Below the pieces are notes generated by a model. It saw nothing but the letters and a program-made list of their open reading frames with translations. It was not told the DNA's origin and did not search any database. A stretch of DNA of 64,000 nt from Octopus vulgaris (lineage: Eukaryota): the NCBI GenBank assembly GCA_951406725.2, contig OX597815.1, positions 133,734,001-133,798,000 of the forward strand. Reading direction: 5' to 3'. A program made the position numbers and the translations under genes. Positions 39,173 to 53,711 of the stretch are shown piece after piece (position 1 is the stretch's first letter; every line of letters begins with the position of its first letter).

Positions 39173-39389
39173 GATACTTTCTACTAAAGGCGCAAGGCTT
39201 GAAATTTTGGGGGAGGGGATAAGTCGATTACATCGACCGCAGTATTCAACTGGTACTTAATTTTATTGACCCCGAAAGGATGAAAAGTAAAGTCGACCTC
39301 GGTGGAATTTGAACTCAGAGCACAAAGACGGACGAAATTGCAGCTAAGCAGCTTGCCCGGCGTGCTAACGATTCCACCAGCTCGCCGCC
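39173..39389 (-). mobile_element. SINE family A, tail-A variant, intact (target site empty)
   Basis: Perfect 15-bp TSD TTGTCAATAGAAAAT (39158-39172 / 39390-39404). Confidence 0.92.
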
Positions 39390-39626
39390 TTGTCAATAGA
39401 AAATATTTTGAAAAAGTTGGATATAATTCGTACTGTAAAAACAATTGCAAATCTGAAATCCCCAACAAAATGTTTTACTAGAATTATTCTCCAGTATTCA
39501 TTCTTTTGTTTATATTTAATTTCTTAGGAGAAAATCCCTTATATCTACGATTTAACGGTACCTTTCACACTTTCTCTTACCTAACACGCATCTTACAAGA
39601 ATATGTAGATCATTGCTAGCAATATA

Positions 39627-39678
<52 letters not shown>

Positions 39679-39769
39679 AATATTAATGAAAGTTTTGAAA
39701 ACCTTGGAGCTGTTTTAGTTATTCGTTTTTAGATTGTATATATTATAAACAGTAGCTTATTATTCGTAG

Positions 39770-39912
39770 CGAGAGGGCCTGTCTGCCTTAGGCGACGCTT
39801 TTGGGGGTCGGCACTTTTGGGTCTGCTGTGTAAGCTTGTATACGCTTACACTTGGGGTCGGGGAACAAACAAAAGAGCTGCCCCGGGCGGCACATACTCT
39901 AGTACGTCACTG
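39770..39912. mobile_element. hAT-type MITE remnant
   Basis: Ends CTGCCCCGGGCGGCA...CTAGTACGTCACTG, the reverse of a CAGTG(G/A)CGTA terminus; GC-rich in AT-rich context. Confidence 0.5.
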
Positions 39913-41910
39913 ATAATAAACATTTTATTCCTATATTTACAATCTCTTTTCTTAGTGGAGAATTAAAAAATATATACATGTAAGGACACCGAAACTTAAC
40001 TAGCCTGCAATGTACTAGCTATTTTAGGTCGGTCTTATGCTTATATAATGTATTTTTGTCTAATGTGGGCTCAGATCAGTGGTCACCAAACTTAATGTGG
40101 AAATTACAGCTATATTTTCCAGACGGCCTCTACCACACTAACTTTTTTATTGTATTAATTGAAATGAATTATTTTAGAGAGAAAATTTGATCACATAAAA
40201 AAAATATTTTTAAATTGAATTTTATTAAAAGACATCGTGCAGAAACCACGGAAAGGGAAACAAACTTTAAAAAAAAACCCACTTTTTCTTCAATAAAATT
40301 TACTTTCAAAATAAGATCATCCTCTCTATTGAGATTCAGTCAACTTTCTTTACTCAAGTTACTTTTTTTTTCTTTCTAATTGTAAATTCTAAAGAAATCT
40401 TCATTATTTGGATTGGCAGAATCTTGTATTTTAGTCTCTTTACGTTCTTGAGCTCAAATCCTGATGGCGGGATCGTTAAATTTGGCATGATTCCAGACAT
40501 GCATAATCGACTGTACCTCACAACATTTGAGGCTTTATACCTCTGTTTACTTGTAGCTTTCGATTTTCTTACTGTTTATTTATTTATTTTTTCGTCACGG
40601 CAAAGAAACAAAACAGTATTCAAGTCCATTGAAATTAGTCTGTAACGTTTAGGACAGAGTTCTCATTTATTGTCACCCAACATTTCTTTTTTCCTTTTTC
40701 GACGAAGAGCCCTGACCGAAACGCTAGAATTCATCCCATTTCACAGTACACGAACTTCTTTTTAGATTAATCTATTGTTTCATGTGAAGAAATTGTTTTA
40801 AACACTCTCCTAAACGATTCGTTAAGTATACGTTCGTTGTCATCTCATATTCATTAAGGCGTAAATTAGTTTTCATTCATTTAATCAAGTTTCCATAATC
40901 CTAATCTCCTCTTCCTCCATCTCTCATACTCTTAGATACTTCGTGATTTTGATTTTGATTTTTCTTTCGCCCTCTTTATGTTTTTTCTGTTTTTCCCTTC
41001 CACGTTTCTTTCTCTCTGTCTTCTACTTTTGTTTTTGGTGTTATTTGCACTTTTGAGCGCTTTCTCTTTAATTCTCTCTTCTCGCTCTTTCCTTCACTGT
41101 TCTTCTCTTTCTGTCTTCTCATATTTTTCTATCTTTCTCATTTATCACTCACTCTCTCTCTCTCTTCCTCATATATTCATCTCTCTTTTCTTGAAACTTT
41201 CCATCTTTGTCGCACTCTCTCAACGCGCGCTCTCTCTCTCTCTCTGTATGTATGCACACACACGCGCGCAAACACACACACACACACACACACCCTCTCT
41301 CTCTCTCTGGATACACACACACACGCATATCCACAAAACTCTCTTCTTTTATATTTGTTCTTATCTCTCTGTCTCTATCTTTCTATCATCCTCTCTCTCC
41401 CCGTCTGCTCTGTGCCCAGGAAGTCTGGCACCATTCCAACGATTATTTGTATGGTTTAAGCAAGAGAATTTAAATCAATAGTTATTAAAACATAGTTTAT
41501 CTTCATTATAAATGTTGTCTATTTGCACCGCAACACAACATGAAAGACAAACTTTACAAACTGCTATTATATATGTCTCTGATGTATGAGCATGTTTTGT
41601 TTTGTTTCGTTTCGTTTCAATTTGTTTCGTTTCGTTTTTTTTTTCCATTCGTTGAATCGTATCTTCAATGGATTTATTGATATCATGGAAAAAAAAGAAG
41701 TAAAATAAAAGCGATATCACTTCAAAAAGCTTGATGCCTACTCTGCACCTCACCACATTACATTGTTACTGGTCTTTCTTTTAATCCATTACTTTTTCTC
41801 ACTTTCAGCCCCTCTCTCTCTTCGTATACACACATTATGTATTTGTATGCATATATGCATATGTATGTATAAACATATGCAAATATGTATAAATACATAT
41901 GCATGTGTAC

Positions 41911-41996
<86 letters not shown>

Positions 41997-44372
41997 CTGC
42001 TTACCCTCTTGCATGAAAATCTCAGTAAGGTCACATGTTTAGATAAGATTTGGTTTGTATGAGTCACTGTTTTCTTGGTGGTACTAACATTATCTCCACA
42101 TTCCACCCCCTCCTCCTCCTCTCTCCGAAGTGGTTAGTAACTGTAGTCCACTTTATACCAATTTAGAAACACACGACTTTGTAAAGCGAGCTGTATCACT
42201 AACAAAGCATTTGTAATAATACTATTGCTATATTATTACATCTTTCATTATTCTCTCTATCTGTTTCTCTCACGATAACGTAATAATATATAGTAACTAA
42301 CGAGAATGTCATATCGAGAGCTAAATATGAGAGGTGATGGAAAGAAAGTTGTTTTCTTTCTCATATTTTTGCATGAAAGATATATTGGTAGTACTGTTGG
42401 AGCTTCTGACATAGAAGAAGAAAAAAAATTAAATATCATGCAGCATTTAGTTACGGCCCTTTACGTTCTGAGTTCAAATCCTGTCGTGGTCAACTGTCTC
42501 ACATCCTTCTGCAGTAGATAAAATAAAGTACAATCGACTATATCCTCTCTAAAAAGTGTGGCCTTATGTCAGATCAGAAATGAATGTGGAAAAGGATAAA
42601 AAAATTCTCAATATACGTTGTTGGAAAGTGGAGAAAGGATGTTTTCAACACTTGTTTAACTTCAGATCAACCCTGATCAAATAAACTCTGTGATGAAAGA
42701 CATTCCAGCCGTAAGGGTTGTTAATAAGGTTACATTATTCAATGGGTTTTGTACTTTCTCATTGTAAAATGTTTGATAATGATTTGAAGAAAATTTGACT
42801 GCTGTTTCTAACAATTTGCGCACGTAGAAGATCTGTTTGCTCGAGTTTATCGAAGCATTGCGAGTTAAGTGAAGTGTTGCTACACAGGGAAATCTGTTCT
42901 GTTCAGCATAAATCCTGAGGGAGCCCCTTTTTGCTACTCCTAATTAATTGATGTAGAAACGAAACGGACCAAGGTTTGAGCACGGGGGACAAAATAACCA
43001 ATAAATCTTTGTTACATTGGGCGCGCGCGTACACTCATATACACACGCATTTCATATAGAATGTTATTAACTGGTCAAACTTTATTACCTGAGGGAATGT
43101 CCTTAATGGTCAAAAAGGCTGCTGTTTAAGCCAAGGCCAGCTCTGCTTAAGCAGACTTATGATCAGAAGTGCTTCAACTACTATCACTCGTTTTCCAAGC
43201 TGAGTATCTAAGATCACATTATCGAAGGTGGCTTTTCTAAGAGATTTGAGGTAAAGTTGTTGGTTATTTCTAGTTGGTTGTGTACCTACATAAAGGCTTC
43301 TTCATTGGCTCATGATTAGAGAAATGTATCATGAAGTACATATCTTACATGTGATTCTCCACTGAGATTTAGTAATTACTGTTTTGAATCCAGCTATCTC
43401 CTCTATAATTAATTTGGGAGATATTGAAGGATTTGTACTAACTCCTGTCTTTCATTATGCCTATTTACCGAAATCATTATCACCATCATAATTTAACATC
43501 TGTCTTCCATGTGGGCATGGCCTGGACACCCCAACAAGATTTGCTGAGTTAGAGGACTGAGTCATGTAATGTTTGTTTTGATTTGGGTTTTCTACCTGGA
43601 TGCCTTTTCCTAATGCCAGCCACTTTACAGTGTACTAGGTGCATCTTTTTGTGGTACCAGCACTAGTGAAGTTGTCACACAGCTTGCAAGACTTTGATCC
43701 CATTCAACTGAGTGGGGCTACAGTTGAGAAAGGTGGGTTTTTTTTACTATGTATTGGGAGGCTAAAGTCTTGGGAGGAACAGGTTTGTTGTAGTAAAGAA
43801 AATACATGGCTATTTTCCCATTATATAATGGTGGGTGGGTGGGATTAAACTGGAGTGGAACTGGAAGGAGAGAGAAAGATGATGAAATGTCATAGTGTGT
43901 ACTCAGGAAACAAGAAGGTGAATAGAAGAAAGGGTGAGGGCAAAAGATTGGGAAAGGTGAATGGATGAAAGTTGCAAGACTAACATTGAAATATGTATCA
44001 ATAAATACCAATGTGTACTAACAGGACTGATGTGGAACAGAGACCAAAATATTTAAAACCTGTTAAAAGAAAAATGTCCTCTATTACTATTCAATGCTCA
44101 TTTTGACAAGTCAGTCATATAAATATAAAGGAAGCTGGATAGATGGCTGAAGTAGAAGAGCATCAAATTGGAAAATATATAGTATTGAGTTCAAATCCTA
44201 TTAAAGTCAACTTTACTTGACATCCTCTTGGATTTGATAAAGAAAGTATCATTAACCCTTCAGCATTCAGATTATTCTGTCAAATGTAATACTTTTGTAT
44301 TCACGTTCTTTTGAATTAATCATGCATGATCTCATAGCTCCTACAAAACTGTAATTTTGTGCCAAAACTTAG

Positions 44373-44710
44373 GCAGGCATGGCTATGTCATTAAGAAATG
44401 CACCTAGTTAACCATATGGTTTGAGATCCAGTCCCACTGTGGCATCTTGGGCAAATGTCTTCTACTATAGTCCTGGATTAACCAGTGGCGTAAGCACATC
44501 ATGTGTGTGTGTGTTTGTTTGTTTGTTTGTCACCCAACCACTTGATAACTACTGTTTGTTTGTTTACATCATCCTAATATAACAGTTCAGCAAAAGAGAC
44601 TGATAGAATAACTACCTGACTTAAAAAGTACTGGATTTGACTACTTCAGCTAAACCCTTCAAGGAGGTGCCCCTGAATGATAAGCTCTCCAGAGATTGAA
44701 ACAAATAAAA
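44373..44710 (+). mobile_element. CORE-like SINE family C, CpG-decayed
   Basis: Homology to family C. Confidence 0.8.
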
Positions 44711-45284
44711 GATACGAAACTAAGTTCCAATGATATTGCTGGTATTGGTTCAGCTGACTGCTTCACTTTCACATAGAAACTCCTTTTGTGCTTTGTCAAA
44801 AGAAATCTATTTATACTAAATAACAATCTATCAAAAGTAATGAGGAAAGCAGGAATATATTTTAAACATATAAGTACTATTAACACTGTTACCCTACATA
44901 AGGTAATCTCAGAATTTATTTGTGCTATGTTGCATTAATTATCTCTAAGTTCTCTTATTTAGTTAGGTTTCATGGGATAAAAATAGGATTTTTTTTCTTG
45001 CTGGAATATAAAGGAAACATTGTGAATGAGACCTGTTGTGTTAACTAACCAATATACTCATTGAAACTGAAGAACAAAAATTCTTCTCTCTTCTAGTTTT
45101 AAGCTTAGACACATGGCTAAAAAATTTTGAAGTGAAGGAATAATTGATTTAATCCTTTTGATATCAGCCTGTGAGAAACCACCCTTGTTTCTATGGTACT
45201 AACTTTCTGTTTAAAAGTGATTTAAATCAAAACCTTCCATCAAAATTTCATGTTAATTTATGTTTCAAACATCAGCTTAATAAA

Positions 45285-45490
45285 GTTTTGACACAAGTCC
45301 AGCAATATCAGGGAAGGGTGTAAGTCGATTATGTTGATCCCTGTACTCAACTGATACTTATTACATTGAACCTGAAATGATGAAAGGCAAAGTTGACTTT
45401 GGCAGAATTTGAACTCAAAATGTAAAAACGGACAGCTGCCACTAAGGATTTTGTCTGGTGTGCTAATAATTTTGCCAGCTTGCTATCTTT
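45285..45490 (-). mobile_element. SINE family A, tail A, CpG-decayed
   Basis: Homology to the 39173 copy with CG changed to TG/CA. Confidence 0.8.
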
Positions 45491-45993
45491 CACACTAGCT
45501 AAATAATGACAGCTATTCTATTAGATTCTTCATTATTTTAAAACTAATTGAAACAAAAGCTGTATATCTCAACAGAACTATGGTAATAAAAGGGTTAAAC
45601 AATTCCAATACTTAACATATTTATTTTATGAACCTTGGAAAGATGTTGAGTCTGCTATGATTTGAACTCCTAAAAACAATGATTTTAATTAAATATCACA
45701 AAGCATTATGTCTAGCACAGATTTTAACATCAACAGCACTTTTGTGATTAATTATTAAAAATAAGAATAGTTAAAATTTCATTTACTTCATTTGAAATTC
45801 CTTTGTGACTTGTAGCATTTTCCTCTAAATCAATATAATTCTTACAGTTGTCTGAACCATAATATTTTAATGTAATTCAAACTTTGGTATTTTTAATGGC
45901 TAATTCATCCATGGATTGTAAGTTATTTCCCTGCTCCTGTAAATGTCAGTTGAGACTTATTCTTTTGTTTCATGCTAAATATATAACTAGATG

Positions 45994-46577
45994 TAGGCAT
46001 GGCTCTGGGCAGGGCGTTTGCTTCCCAACCACATGATTTTGAGTTCAAAAGCTTGGTATGGCACCTTAGGCAAATGTATTGTACTACAGCCCCAGACTAA
46101 ACAGAGCCTTGTGAGTGGATTTGGCTGATGGAAACTGAAAAAAGCCTGTCATATGTCCATGGCCAAAAGTTAGGAACATTTTTTAAAAATTAAAATTGTT
46201 ATGCTCAAGAACAATTCGAGTCACTTATATGCAATGCATGTATTTGATTATTTAATATAAAAATTCTAATTTTCAGACCTATGTTCCAAACTTTTGGCTA
46301 CAACTGTATATATGCCTGTGTGTATATGTGTGTGCATACATTTAATGTGTGTATGTTTGTGTCTCTTTGTCTTAGCATCATATGAAAGTTGTAAATGTAT
46401 GTCACTGTCATACAAGTAGTGTAATAACACTAGTTTCATTATTCTATGAAAATTTGCCTAATCAGCAGGTGAGTGTTGGTGAAAAGAAAGGCATCTGGCC
46501 ATAGAAAATTTGCTTCAATAAAGCTCCATCTGACCCATGCAGGCATGGAAAGCTGGATGTTAAATGATGAGGATGAA
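45994..46577 (+). mobile_element. SINE with family C head and alternative (GAT)n-ending tail (tail R)
   Basis: C head, TA/TG tract, then ...ACCCATGCAGGCATGGAAAGCTGGATGTTAAATGATGAGGATGA; same architecture at 47862-48272 (-) and 63130-63625 (-). Confidence 0.75.
46153..46306. mobile_element. Tc1/mariner-like MITE nested in the SINE's TA tract
   Basis: GGCCAAAAGTTAGGAACAT (46161-46179) is an inverted match to ATGTTCCAAACTTTTGGCT (46281-46299); ends ...CAACTG|TA. Confidence 0.7.
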
Positions 46578-47378
46578 TCTCTACTGAGTAACTTCAGTTA
46601 AACTGAATGAGGTGTTCTAGGGTCCTAGGGTAATCCAGTATCCTCACCAAACTCCTTCTAGCTTCCATCATCAAAGTGCATCTCACAGTAACATTGTTAT
46701 TTGCTATTTTATCAGAAAAATAAAGAGAGGTTAAAAGTTATGTCCCTGTAGAAGTGTGAATCCCTCATATTCTCATTTCTCTTCCCATGTGTTTAATAGA
46801 ACATAAATTCCATTAAACACAAGGAAAGATTAATGAGAATGTGAGATTCATACTTTTCTCAAATACACCCAGGAAACTGACAGGTAATTAAAATTATTTA
46901 GATTGATTATTGCTGGTTTACATCCATTTTCCATACAAGTGTATTTGTTAGGGCAATTGTTGTTTAGCCCCAAGTCAAACTGAGGGAGATTTATGATCAA
47001 AAGCATTCCAATGCTGACCACACTAGTTTGCTTTTCAGGCTTTGTGTCCAAAATCATATCATTGAATGCTTCTTGTTTGTTTATGTCAGTATGGTGTGGT
47101 TTGGGAGTTGCTATTTCTAGCAGGTCAAGCAACCACAGAAGCTCCCCGTTTCACCTTGTTGAATGCTCTTATTGCTAATCACTCAACTATGAAATAAAAC
47201 TGGAGCCTGTTTCCATTTTTGCATTTTGGTTAGTAAAACTCTTGATGTGAACTCATATGTTGAAACAGATTTTGTGGTATCTCATGAGGATCATTATGCT
47301 AATAATAAATAGATATATACATACTGGTTCAATTTCACTTCATTTATTATTATGGGTCATTCGGCTAACCATTTAACC

Positions 47379-47546
47379 CAGTGGTTCTCAACAATTTTTG
47401 CCCAATGGACCCCTTTTGATTCCTATTTTACTCTGGTGGACCTTCATAGTCATTTAATGTTTAAAAAATCCTATTATATTTTTGCTATTTATTGCAGATG
47501 AATTTTAACTACAAAATTTTATATTGACTTCAGTTGAGAACCTCTG
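47379..47546. mobile_element. hAT-Charlie-like MITE (internally deleted)
   Basis: TIRs CAGTGGTTCTCAAC / GTTGAGAACCTCTG; perfect 8-bp TSD ATTTAACC (47371-47378 / 47547-47554). Confidence 0.88.
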
Positions 47547-47861
47547 ATTTAACCAGTTAACTCTTCAATTGTTCAATTGACAGCTATGTTTGTCAAGGTT
47601 GTTTTGTCACCTTTGTGATGTCATCAATGACATGCCCTCTATATTCCACATCTGTTTCAGGTCTCCTTCACTATTTTCATTCTGTCAGGCAAACAGGAAT
47701 AAGAATAGCTAGGTGCTTTGTTCAGCAACACAGCATGTTTATTGACAACCCTGAGATCTGAAGTGATGATCATATGGTTTGTAGTTCAGGACCTTAACTT
47801 CCTTATGGTAGCAATACCTTCAAAGGTTGTGTAGCATTAAGTATAATATTTTTTAAATCAG

Positions 47862-48272
47862 TTTTAATGTCTACTTTTCCATGCTTCCATGGGTCAGATG
47901 GAATTCATTGAGGCTAATACTGTACAACTGGATGCCTTTCCTATCACCAACCCTTACTTGTTTTCAAGCAAGATTATATTTACCTACAGCTGGACTTGTT
48001 TTCAGGAGGGATTTGAAATACTCAAAACCACTTGAATGATGGTGATGCTCATTTTCAACCATCACTTGATGTCAAGACAGAGACATGGAGACACACACAC
48101 ACATGCATACACACACACTGGGCTTCTTTCAGTCTCTATCTACCAAATTCATTCACAAGGCTTTGGCCAGCATGGGGCTATAGTAGAAGACACCAGCCCA
48201 AAGTGCCATGCAACAGTATTGAACCTAAAACTATGTGATTCAGAAACAAACTTCTTACCCACACAGCCACAT
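47862..48272 (-). mobile_element. SINE with family C head and tail R
   Basis: Same architecture as the 45994 element, on the reverse strand. Confidence 0.72.
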
Positions 48273-48935
48273 CTAGAAAATTATTTCCGTTTTAAATCCG
48301 TAGACAATACAAATTATATACATAGATTGAATTTTTTTTTAGAAAATCAATATCTCATAACATTTCATAGCATTTTACAATGAACAAAGAGCATTAATAA
48401 AGCAAAAACAAAAAAAATGTAACTTATATATTTTATTGAGGTATTTAAAACTTAGAATTGAAACCAGATCACAGAATCTCTTCACTAGAAAAATTATCTC
48501 CGTGATCTTTTACAGGGTTTACCACTGAAGACAAAGAAAGACTTTTAGAAAATGTATGTAATGCACAGTATATTATTAGAACCCGGTTATTTTTAATATA
48601 TAATTGGTGAGATGGCTAGAATTATTACATAAAGCTTTCATTTTAATTGACATGGTGCTATATAATACCAAGCCATTAAAATACTTGTAAGAAATATAAT
48701 CTTATTTCAGTAGAAAACCCATACTTGGATTTTTGTTGTCTCCAATTCTGTATCATTGCATTGTAATGATGCTATTAATGAAATTATATAGATTATATTT
48801 CTTGTATTGTCTTGTATGTTTGTATGTGTGTGTGCAATTACATGTATATATACATACATATATTTATGTATATAATAATTATATATATATATTTATATAG
48901 TTATGTATGTGTGTATGCATGTACATGCTACAAAT

Positions 48936-48966
<31 letters not shown>

Positions 48967-49344
48967 AGTTCATATACAAATTATATACATATACATATGT
49001 ACATATACATGTATGTGTGTATGCATATACATATATGTGTGTATATATATACATACACACACATACACATCCATATGCACTTACATATATATGCACACAT
49101 TTATTTATCTACCTATACAGAATCCTACTTCCTTTCTGTCTCTCGTCATCTCAGTTTGCTCATTTCTATCTCACTAACATTTTTGTTACTTTCCCGTTGT
49201 GGGATATATTTGCAATTTTTAATTCTATTTCATGTCAGTAATGCTGAGACATGGTAACTCTCATGTTTAAAAAGCTGGCTTGGCACTTAACTGTAATTAT
49301 ATAACTATCACTCATTTTTCTCCTTTTTTTTTTCCATGTGTATT

Positions 49345-49354
49345 GTGTTATATG

Positions 49355-49403
<49 letters not shown>

Positions 49404-49684
49404 GTATATATGTATATTTATATATGTATATATATGTATATATATGTATATATATATACGTATATATATGTATATATGTGTGTATATATGTATATATATG
49501 TATATATGTATATATATATGTGTATATATGTATATATATGTATATATATATATGTGTATATATGTATATATATGTATATATATATATGTGTATATATGTA
49601 TATATATGTATATATGTATGTATATATGTATATATATGTATATATATGTATATATGTATATATATGTATATATATGTATATATG

Positions 49685-49756
<72 letters not shown>

Positions 49757-49790
49757 CACACATATATACGTATGCACACACACACATATT
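49345..49790. repeat. Compound (TA)n/(TG) microsatellite
   Basis: Direct reading. Confidence 0.95.
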
Positions 49791-50262
49791 CAAACACACT
49801 AGCACATACACACCACACAGATATACATATATCCTTACATGCATACATTTCACTTTATCTAGAATAAATTAGAAAGAAAATGAGTGCATGACACTAACTT
49901 TGATGGTTCCACCCCATCCTATCGATACACACATGCATCTGCATGTTCTTACACATACACACACGAGTTTTTACGCATACACACACACTTGCATGCATGT
50001 TCTCACACACATTAGCGCAGTTAGCTCCTTTGTTTAATTTTGGAATCATTCAGTGATTAATTATCTTTTTTTTTTATACACTCATTTATTGCCATCTATT
50101 TAGGAATTTCTCACACAATGATGCTGACTAAACACAATGCAATTTTTTTTTAAGCTTGTGCCCTCCCCCACCTCTTTTTTTTAAAGAAGAGCCTTTATAT
50201 TATGTAGAAATTTGTCAAAGGCATTTTATTTTCTTGTAGAACTTGATATGATACTTTTATGG

Positions 50263-50645
50263 TGCAGGCATGGCTGTGTGGTTAAGAAGCTTGCTATGCA
50301 ACCATGTAGTTTTGGGTTCAGGCCCATTGCATGGTTCTTTGGGTAATACCTTCTACTATAGCCGCAGGCCAGCCAGAGCCTTGTGAATGATTTTGGTAGA
50401 TGGAAACTGTGTGAAAGCCCATTGTGTGTGTGTGTGGTTTTGTGTTTGCCCCCACCCACTACTTGTTGATTGGTGGTGGTTTGTTTGCGTCCCTGTAATT
50501 TAGCAGTTTGGCAAAAGAGACTAATAGAATAAATATCTGATTCAAAAATTAGTACTAGGGTTGATTTATTTGATTAAACCCTTCAAGAAAGTGCCCCAGC
50601 ATGGCTACAGTCCAATATACTGAAGCAGGTAAAAGATAAAAGATA
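50263..50645 (+). mobile_element. CORE-like SINE family C
   Basis: Full-length homology to family C. Confidence 0.85.
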
Positions 50646-52301
50646 TAATATTAGGTGGCTGAGAAGTCACCCCCCCCCCAATCTCACTGGCCATGCTGAC
50701 TTCATGTTCTAGTAAAAATGAAGCAAATCACTATTTTTTCTTCTAAGGAGATTGCCTCACTTTATTCCTGGCCCCCCAATTCCTGACTGAGTTGTCAAAA
50801 TATCTTTACAACAACTCTCTCTTCTCATGCTGTGACTATGACCATTAGTGGTCAAGGATTTCCATGCCAAAGCCTGAAGATTTGTGTATTTTTTTGAAGA
50901 CACTACAGTGGTTTCCCTTTACTATCTGTTAGCTTTGCTTGTCTCCTAGCAAAGAATGAAAAGCATAATTGACCTTAATAAGGTTTGAACTCAGTGTTGA
51001 GAGCTGGAATGAAAATCATAAGTTATTCTTTCTGATACTCTAGCAACTCATCAAAACTAACACCTTTATTAAGATGACCTACAATTTAAAAAAATTGGTT
51101 TGCATGGGAATTCATGTTTATTTCTCCAAAAGTTAGTCAGAAAAGGGAGGTAAATGTCTATAGGTTTGGTCAGACTGATCACATTGTCATTGTCTGATCT
51201 GGACATCTGCAACGAAAAGCATGTGCTTGCCCCCACACCAAGTGCATTACAAGTTCGACTAGGCCCTTTCTCCTCGGTAGACTTTTCACAGACAGAACTC
51301 TGTTTAAGGCATCTAAGAACAAAGTGGTGGTGTTAAACTGAGTGGCATGCTATATTTATCAGCCAAGGATACTCTTTTACTCTTTTACTTGTTTCAGTCA
51401 TTTGACTGCAGCCATGCTGGAGCACCACTTTTATATGTTATTGAAAGGAATGTAGCAAAGTGAATCCAGAGACATAGTATTCAATGTGATTGTACTGCTG
51501 CTGCTGTTGCTTGCAGTAGTAGTTCAAGAGATGTGAGATTACTAATTATGACTGTATTTGTTTTTCTGAGTTGAGATACCTCACTCTTTTTGCATAATTT
51601 TACTTTATAGGGAATATACTCTGGTCCTTTCAAAGCAAATTACCTGTGATTAGTGTCCCATCCAGTGGCATATTCATTTTCCTCTCATTTAACAAGAGGC
51701 AACCTCTGCATGATCATTGAACCCATTAGAAACAGCAGCCAAATATTTAACAGATTTAATGATCACTAGCTACTGCCTCAAGATAAGACAAACATTGTCC
51801 TAGATAAGCTGTTTGAATATAAGATGAAGTGGTTCCAATTGGAATGCCTTTGATCATAGGTCTTTTGGATCAGTAACCTGGGGTTAAACAACAACAACTA
51901 CTACAGTAAATAGACCTAAGTATTAGGTGGAGACAAATTGGCTGAGTGGATAAGGAAATTATCTCTCAACTCATATGTCTTGATTTCAAATCAATATCTG
52001 GTGCTTCAATGTGAATTAGAGCAGCACACTGAATTAAATATGACTCTGTCATATTGATGTTGAGAAAGGTACCAGAGATGCTTTGAATGTCACCTGCTAA
52101 AGACAGAATGTCTCCTATCTAGAAAAAGATCTCTCTCTCATCCAGTTTACACCATGAAACTATAGTTTAGCTTTGATTCATATGAAGTAGCGAGGAGCTC
52201 TGGAACATTTGATATATTTTAAGTATTAGCTAGCATGGCTATAGTTTAGTACTTGACTTTGTTTCCTGATAGTTTTTTTTATAAAACATATTTTTATAGA
52301 T

Positions 52302-52503
52302 GCAGGCATGGCTGTGTGGTAAGCTTGCTTCCCAACCACATGGTTCTAGGTTCAGTCCCACTACATGGCATCTTGGACACTCATAGGGCATTGGTTGGCC
52401 CAAGGCTATTTTAGAAGACTCTTGCCAAAAGTGCCATGCAGTGGAAGTTGAACCTGAAACCCTGTGTTTGAAAGCAAGCTTCTTAACCACACAGCCATGT
52501 TTG
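52302..52503. mobile_element. Inverted fusion of two family C SINE heads
   Basis: Plus-strand head 52302-52380 joined directly to a minus-strand head ending ...ACCACACAGCCATG at ~52499. Confidence 0.8.
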
Positions 52504-52555
52504 TGAATTCTGTTTTTTTTAATGAATATTTTTTTCCTCAGAAAGAAAAGAAGTT

Positions 52556-52950
52556 CATGACTGTGTGGTAAGAAGTTTTCTTTCTAATTACATGGTTCTG
52601 GGTTCAGTTCCACTGTATGACACCTTGGGAGTCTTCTGCATTAGCTTTGAGCCAATCATAGCCTTGTGAGTGTATATGGTAGACAGAAACTGAAAGAATT
52701 CCATTATATACACATATATGTATATATCTATATGTGTGTGTATCCTTGAATTTATGTCTGTCCTCTAACACCACTTGACAACTGGTGGTTGGTTTGCTTA
52801 TATTCTTGTAGCTTAGCAGTTTGGCAAATGATACCAATGAAATAAGTGCTAGGCTTAAAAATAAGTACTGGGGTTGATTTGTTTCATTAAATCCTTCAAG
52901 GCAGTGCCCCAGCATGGCCATAGTTCAATGACTGAAACAAGTAGAACATA
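52556..52950 (+). mobile_element. CORE-like SINE family C
   Basis: Full-length homology to family C. Confidence 0.85.
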
Positions 52951-53711
52951 AAAGATTAAGAAAGTTATGAGAAAACAAAGATAGTGGAAGGAATGAGGTA
53001 CCAAACTGTACTTAAGCCCATTAGCTTAGTGTTTGCCTTCAGTTGTATATTCAAATAGGTTAACTCATTTTCCTTAATACAAATATCTACATTTTTATAA
53101 GCTTAAGAGTTATCTCCAATATCACTTATCTCTGTATTATATCTTAACAAGTTTGGTTTATGTTTAAGCAATCCAATAAAGCAGACAGTTGAATGTTTAG
53201 AAAGTGTGATAAAATACTTAGCTGTATTTTGAACTTACTGCAATCATCTATGTACCAGCTTGGTCCACCAGTACTCCAACCACAGATTCACTTTGGTGAG
53301 CAAACATGTCTATCTTTCACTGTTATTTTAGTATAAATGTGAAAATGTATGATACATGTGTATTTTTTTATGCATAATGTTATGTGTGTATTTTTACAAC
53401 TCTTAATACATGTAGAAACACTGACACATACATACACATTCTGAGTTCAAATTTCACACAAGGTCAATCAAAATAAGTGCAGGGGTCAATGTAATCAACT
53501 ATACGAGTTCCCTGTTTTTTCTACCCAGTTTGGTAAATCAATAATCATCTGTGACCTGTTTTCTTTTTAATATTTAAATGGAAAAAACAAGAACAAACTA
53601 TTTTTCCATCTCACTCTTATCCTTGTTCAGGGATATATTACTTGAGCCGGTAACAAAGCAATTTTCTCTCTCTCAGTAGAAGGCAGATTGTATGATTCTT
53701 TTATCTTCTTT

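Noticed and set aside
40978-41481. 167-aa hydrophobic ORF as a membrane protein
   Set aside because: Product of CT-rich and (CA)n low-complexity sequence
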